Below, piece by piece: positions 59,424 to 64,000 of a stretch of DNA of 64,000 nucleotides. The translations under genes and the position numbers were made by a program. Numbering within the stretch: position 1 is the stretch's first letter; each line of letters starts with the position of its first letter. This DNA comes from Thermoplasmata archaeon (GTDB taxonomy: Archaea; Thermoplasmatota; Thermoplasmata; Halarchaeoplasmatales; Halarchaeoplasmataceae): NCBI GenBank assembly GCA_003552585.1, contig PUNK01000015.1, positions 12,513-76,512 of the forward strand. The letters run 5' to 3'. The notes under the pieces are model-generated. The model did no database searches. It saw nothing but the letters and a program-made list of their open reading frames with translations, and was not told the DNA's origin.

Positions 59424-60350
59424 TCAATCTGTAACCTCAGCACGTTTTATATCCTCATAGACTGTAGATGCTGCCTCTGCACCCTGACCTGCAGCAGTTA
59501 TAGCCTGTTTAAGAGTTGAATCGATAACATCGCCTGCAGCATAGATACCGGGAACGTTTGTTCTTCTTTCCCTATCTGTTTGGATATATCCTCCATCTGT
59601 GGTCGAAACTCCTAAATTTTTTGCAATTCTTGAGTTTGGTGTCGAACCGATCTCTATGAAAAGTCCATCGAGAGGCAGTAATTCTTCTTTACCATCATTG
59701 TACCGAATTTTTACTTTTTCAAGTTTTTTATCGCCTAGGAGTTCTATGACTTCGGATTCAAATATTGATTTGATATTTTTCTGTGTCTGAATTTCCTTAA
59801 CACGTATAGGTTCAGGTCTGAAAAATTCATCCTTCCTATATATTATGTATACATTCTCTGCATGGTCGGACAGTAGTAAGCTAGATGCTAAAGCAGCATC
59901 ACCGCCTCCAACAACACCGACTTGTTTTTCATTAAAAAATGCAGCATCGCAGGTTGCACAATAGCTCACACCTCTTCCAAGAAATTTTTTTTCCCTTTCC
60001 AGTCCTAATTTCCTCCTTTCCGTTCCAGTGGCAAAGATCACCTTTTTCGTTGAGTAATTACTCCGAGACGTGGTCACCTTGAACTCTAGATCCGTTCCAG
60101 TAACGGATTCGACTCGCCCTACATTTACAGGAACATCAAGTGATTTCACATGTTCCTCCATCTTTTCCATGAGTTTCATTCCGTTAACATGTTGATAAGA
60201 TGGAAAATTGCATACCTCATAAGCCTCGGAAAGCATTCCGCCCGGCATCTCACCTATGACCATAACATCTAAATTGTATCTCGCAGCATAAATCGCCGCT
60301 GTGTATCCTGCAGGACCCGTGCCTATTACTATCAGATCAAAATGTTCCAT
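59424..60350 (-). CDS. Thioredoxin reductase-like flavoprotein (second paralog)
   Basis: FDLIVIGTGPAGYTAAIYAAR, CATCD, GGGDAALASS, AAGDV. Confidence 0.72.
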   Translation of the reverse strand: MEHFDLIVIGTGPAGYTAAIYAARYNLDVMVIGEMPGGMLSEAYEVCNFPSYQHVNGMKLMEKMEEHVKSLDVPVNVGRVESVTGTDLEFKVTTSRSNYSTKKVIFATGTERRKLGLEREKKFLGRGVSYCATCDAAFFNEKQVGVVGGGDAALASSLLLSDHAENVYIIYRKDEFFRPEPIRVKEIQTQKNIKSIFESEVIELLGDKKLEKVKIRYNDGKEELLPLDGLFIEIGSTPNSRIAKNLGVSTTDGGYIQTDRERRTNVPGIYAAGDVIDSTLKQAITAAGQGAEAASTVYEDIKRAEVTD

Positions 60351-60459
60351 ACCAATAGAATTGACTATTGGATTTTAATGCTTTTGGATAAACTTGGATT
60401 AGCAAACACATGATAAATTCAAGTAAATTTTAAATTATAACTTGCATATCTAAGCATAT

Positions 60460-60999
60460 ATGTCCCTTAGAAAAAAGGAGATACGGGGTATCCTACTCAA
60501 TGGTTTACTTAGATTCGTTAAAAGAAAGTGGGGGATTCAGGGACTAGAAGAATGTAAAAAAAAGAACGAAATAGGAGGTGAAATACAGGATGGTTTGTTT
60601 TATCCTATAAGTGTTTCATTTGATATACTAGAATGGATATATACAAAAAAAGGTGAAAATAAAGTGATAGAAGCTGGACGTTATCTAGTTAACGATATGG
60701 GATACATATCATGGTTGATTGATCCTGAGGGCGGTGAAGAAACTCTTGTACAATTCGAAGACGTACAAAATGAAATGTTTAACTTCAATCCAATTTCAAT
60801 AATCCACAATGAAAATAAAGTGAGATTTGAACTTGAAAGCTTTTACGACACAGAGTTATTTTACCTATTCACACAGGGTATTATAGAAGGTCTGTTAGAG
60901 AGGATTGAGCTTGAGGGAGAAATGGCTAAAAGAATGTGCGATACTTCTAAGGAATCAGCACAGTATTTATTCGAAATAAATTTTCCAGACCATCAATAA
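60460..60999 (+). CDS. Hypothetical protein
   Basis: ORF only. Confidence 0.3.
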   Translation: MSLRKKEIRGILLNGLLRFVKRKWGIQGLEECKKKNEIGGEIQDGLFYPISVSFDILEWIYTKKGENKVIEAGRYLVNDMGYISWLIDPEGGEETLVQFEDVQNEMFNFNPISIIHNENKVRFELESFYDTELFYLFTQGIIEGLLERIELEGEMAKRMCDTSKESAQYLFEINFPDHQ

Positions 61000-61538
61000 C
61001 TGTTAAAATAGTAGTCATACTCTTCTAAAAGTTTCTTTTTCCTATATGGAGGAAGTATAAGGTAACCGGGATTACTATGAAGATATATAGGAGGATTTTC
61101 AATTTTCTCTTTATCCAAAAAGTAGTTTGAAAGGAAAAACTCTCTAGCACTTTCATTGATCGGTTTTGTTATCAAATACCCTGGAGTCTGTTTAGCCACG
61201 ATCAATAGGAGTCTAAAGCCGATTTTACTACCTCTCCTCTCCTCAGCGGTTTCGATCGATCTAAGTACATAAACTGGCGAACCATCTTTAGCGACTGAAT
61301 CCCATTCTTCGACGTAAACCCATGCTATTATGTTCTTATCCTCAACACAAATAACAAAAACTGGCCGAGGAAACTTGCGTAGCCATACCTTAAATGTCTC
61401 TTTGTAATCTAATATCCCTAAATTTTTTAGAAAGGTAAACCTCTCTCCTCCTACTTCGTTTATCCTGAATCCATCTATTTCTAAAGGATCCGATACTTGG
61501 ATGTATCTTTGATTGGCATGGGTTTCTAAGACTTCCAA
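60993..61538 (-). CDS. Hypothetical protein
   Basis: ORF only. Confidence 0.3.
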   Translation of the reverse strand: MEVLETHANQRYIQVSDPLEIDGFRINEVGGERFTFLKNLGILDYKETFKVWLRKFPRPVFVICVEDKNIIAWVYVEEWDSVAKDGSPVYVLRSIETAEERRGSKIGFRLLLIVAKQTPGYLITKPINESAREFFLSNYFLDKEKIENPPIYLHSNPGYLILPPYRKKKLLEEYDYYFNSY

Positions 61539-61554
61539 TTATAACAACCATCAC

Positions 61555-62172
61555 TTAATCCGTATAAAGTATCCATACGCAATCGTTGTTACGCATGGTC
61601 ATATTGAGTTCTGTTTCGGTTATACCAGCCTTGTCTAGAAGTATAGGCAACCATTCATCTGGTGCCCTTTTCTCATCAGCATTCGGTGTAACTGCCTCGA
61701 TCTGAGCATATTTAACATGTTTACCCGCAACAGTTATTCGTTCAGCAGCTGCTTTCCTAAATGTTTGATGAATTATACACTGAGAATCTACAGCACCTGG
61801 TTTAACAGTTGCATTGTAGTATTCTGCCACCTCTTTATGTATATCAGCGAACTCTCCTATCCTTTTGGTGTACTCCTGCCAGCCTCGGGTGAAAGGACAT
61901 GTCTGGGTGATTACGCAATTGTCCGTAGGACATTTGACCTCTTCAAAAGATGAGATAATCGATTCTCCCTTCTCTAAACTTCTTAGGAAATCGTCCCAGT
62001 TCAGGTATTCTTCTTTGGGCATGCTTTTTGCCAAAGATGTGGCTAAGCTCATTAGGTAGTTGTTCATGCCTGCAGCTCCCTGTTTATCTCCGATGTCCTC
62101 TAAGAACAGGTAAGCTGCTACATCGACGAACGGATTATGTTGTCCTAGTTGTGCTCTTCTTTCTTCATGCAT
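61555..62172 (-). CDS. Uncharacterised Cys-containing protein, tandem paralog A
   Basis: Shares the block AEYYNATV....C[IV]IHQ[TK]FR with the adjacent gene. Confidence 0.4.
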   Translation of the reverse strand: MHEERRAQLGQHNPFVDVAAYLFLEDIGDKQGAAGMNNYLMSLATSLAKSMPKEEYLNWDDFLRSLEKGESIISSFEEVKCPTDNCVITQTCPFTRGWQEYTKRIGEFADIHKEVAEYYNATVKPGAVDSQCIIHQTFRKAAAERITVAGKHVKYAQIEAVTPNADEKRAPDEWLPILLDKAGITETELNMTMRNNDCVWILYTD

Positions 62173-62174
62173 GA

Positions 62175-62804
62175 TTATTCAGCCTCCTCTTTACCTCTCA
62201 ATCTAGCACCTTTCATCAATATCCCGTAAACACAGGCGTAGTTTCTTAGAAGACTGCGTACATATTCAGGATTTATTCCTATCTTTTCAAGGCTTCGTAT
62301 TGCAATCTTTGTATCTCCTTTGAATCCACGGTTTGCTAATTGTACACACTCTAATACCTGATTTTCAACAGTTATATTTTTAGAAACCTCCGACCTGAAT
62401 TTCTGATGAATAACACAGAAGTTACAGGTAGCGGTGTTCTGCACAGTATTATTGTATTCTTCAGCAACTGCCTTGTCAGCATCCGGGATTTCTCCTACGC
62501 TATATCTTATACGTTCGATGGTAGGATTGAATACACACTCTTCGAGTGCGTATATGTAACCTACGACATCTCCATCCACATCTGTTATGGCTAGATCTGT
62601 TAATGCAGTTACATTTCCTTCGATCGAATACGCAGTTCTCCCTTCTTTCAATGCAACATTGAAAGAAGGCCAGCCCATATAGGCTTCCTCTCCTATCCGT
62701 TTGGCAAGGTTTTCACCTACACGTGACCAGTACTGGATTGCGCCCTCTATTCCGGCCTTTTCGCTCATGTTTTTTATTAACGATACTAATGCTACGTCAA
62801 GCAA
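62175..62804 (-). CDS. Uncharacterised Cys-containing protein, tandem paralog B
   Basis: AEEYNNTVQNTATCNFCVIHQKFRSE, compared with AEYYNATVKPGAVDSQCIIHQTFRKA in paralog A. Confidence 0.4.
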   Translation of the reverse strand: MLDVALVSLIKNMSEKAGIEGAIQYWSRVGENLAKRIGEEAYMGWPSFNVALKEGRTAYSIEGNVTALTDLAITDVDGDVVGYIYALEECVFNPTIERIRYSVGEIPDADKAVAEEYNNTVQNTATCNFCVIHQKFRSEVSKNITVENQVLECVQLANRGFKGDTKIAIRSLEKIGINPEYVRSLLRNYACVYGILMKGARLRGKEEAE

Positions 62805-62806
62805 CT

Positions 62807-64000
62807 TTAATCCACCTCCTTATTTTCGGTTTTTTTTAGATAGATAGTCCACCTGTTTCTTTTTGTGGTAGACACTTTATCTTCATCTATCAATTTATTA
62901 AGAATGATCTCTATATCTTCTTTATCCAAATGCTCGATCTCTCTATTGAGTCTTGCCAATGTAGATCCATCCCTAGGAATCGTGTCTAGAACGAGTGACT
63001 CCTCTTCCGAAATTGTTTCTTCCTCCTCAGATTCGATAGTTTTACTAACTTCCTCAACAATTTCTTCATCTTGATCTTCTCCCAGGTCCGTTCTTACATA
63101 GACGGTCCATCGTCCTCTCTTCTCCTTTTCTACAAGTCCTTTATTTTGTAATGATTGCAAGCATTCCTGGAAATCCGTAATCAAATCCCCTATGGAGGAT
63201 TCTATTCTTTTAGATGTCGCCCCCTCAGGGGGGATTGATGATAAAACAAATTTCTCCTCTTCCTCCAAATCTAATTCTTTTTCTTCTTTTAGATCTACTG
63301 ATTCTTTGATATCATCTAGTTCCTTTTCTAACCTTGTGACGTTCATTTCATAAGAGGCAGTAAATTCCTTGAATTTCTCTTCAAGTTTTTCTCTATTTTT
63401 CTCCTCTTCCTCTATTTTGTGAATGATATCCTCGATCTCCTTTATTTCGCCTAAATAGGACTCTAGTTTATCTAATCTCTTATCTGTATTGGCAAACTTT
63501 TTCTCAAAATGATCTTCCAAATTCGACTCAATTTCTTCCAAGTTTTCCTCGACATCGTCTTTGGTTTTCTTAAAACCATCAAATAAAGAGGAGATCGTTT
63601 GAGATATATCATGAACTTCTGATTCCAATTCGTTAAATTGTTTGATCAACTTTGTAGTTTTTTCAACAGCAAACTCAAGTCCTTTAGATTTCATCATTGC
63701 TCTGAAATTTTTAGGCTTGTAACCGGGAATGTTTTCAACTAACTTAGACAACATCTCAGTATACGTACTGTGTATCTGCTTTGGAGAAATCAATTTCTGG
63801 TTAAGACTTGGTACAAGATTCCTTATGTTTATTTTCCTGCCATCGTATTGGAATAACTCACTTCCACTGGTACGGCTCCTCATCATCTCTAGAGTTTCTC
63901 TAACTATATCGCTAGTGTCCTTATCACCTAAGTTTTTTCTCATAGTTGCAATAACATCGTCAAGTGTTTTCTCATAAACTGTTTCAAGGATTATCGGAGG
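62807..64000 (-). CDS. Coiled-coil protein with two tandem C-terminal winged-helix-like repeats. Probably 5'-partial, since the frame stays open to the window end.
   Basis: The reading frame is open upstream of Met 63943 to position 64000 (..PPIILETVYEKTLDDVIATMRKN). Internal duplication VLSSIPPEGATSKRIES...RGRWTVYVR / VLDTIPRDGSTLARLNRE...RNRWTIYLK. Confidence 0.4.
   Translation of the reverse strand, partial: PPIILETVYEKTLDDVIATMRKNLGDKDTSDIVRETLEMMRSRTSGSELFQYDGRKINIRNLVPSLNQKLISPKQIHSTYTEMLSKLVENIPGYKPKNFRAMMKSKGLEFAVEKTTKLIKQFNELESEVHDISQTISSLFDGFKKTKDDVEENLEEIESNLEDHFEKKFANTDKRLDKLESYLGEIKEIEDIIHKIEEEEKNREKLEEKFKEFTASYEMNVTRLEKELDDIKESVDLKEEKELDLEEEEKFVLSSIPPEGATSKRIESSIGDLITDFQECLQSLQNKGLVEKEKRGRWTVYVRTDLGEDQDEEIVEEVSKTIESEEEETISEEESLVLDTIPRDGSTLARLNREIEHLDKEDIEIILNKLIDEDKVSTTKRNRWTIYLKKTENKEVD

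Noticed and set aside
1-64000. CRISPR arrays, IS elements and integrase genes were searched for by eye, looking for regularly spaced direct repeats, transposase motifs and tyrosine recombinase motifs.
   Set aside because: None found. The only repeats are the short inverted repeat at 32889-32981 and short hairpins.

Overview
This is an archaeal chromosomal segment with low GC (roughly 37-40% by eye), acid-rich (D/E) proteins and dense coding on both strands. The lineage cannot be fixed; a nanohaloarchaeon or other DPANN-like archaeon is possible.

Housekeeping genes recognised from the translations:
- Transcription: TBP, TFB.
- Replication and repair: MCM, DnaG primase, an XPD/Rad3 helicase.
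- Translation and RNA processing: IleRS, CCA-adding enzyme, two Trm5-family tRNA methyltransferases, diphthine synthase, RNase P Rpp21, YhbY, Nop5, exosome Csl4, NMD3.
- Metabolism and redox: pyruvate phosphate dikinase, two thioredoxin reductases, protein-L-isoaspartate methyltransferase, CutA, 4-phosphopantoate--beta-alanine ligase, MptE-like kinase, AmmeMemoRadiSam radical SAM enzyme.
- Transport and signalling: CDF and SSF transporters, a KaiC-like ATPase with a Roadblock partner.
- Two lipid/methyl-cycle genes, geranylgeranyl reductase and S-adenosylhomocysteine hydrolase, each interrupted by an in-frame stop.

No rRNA, tRNA, CRISPR array or transposon was found by eye.

Most unusual items:
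- A protein joining a near-canonical bacterial DnaA-type AAA+ domain III to an archaeal DUF835-like C-terminus, in a two-gene operon with a zinc-ribbon protein. It sits beside a 430-bp GC-rich intergenic island carrying a hairpin, an ORB-like motif and an AT-rich tract.
- The in-frame TAA in geranylgeranyl reductase and in-frame TAG in AhcY.
- A pilin-like membrane protein translationally coupled to a HerA/FtsK-type ATPase.
- A 400-bp AT-rich intergenic region upstream of dnaG with an 11-bp inverted repeat.
- A TatD-like gene whose conserved HxH N-terminus has no canonical start codon.

Coordinates follow the supplied ORF track (stop codon included). Listed starts are the longest ORF and true starts may lie downstream.
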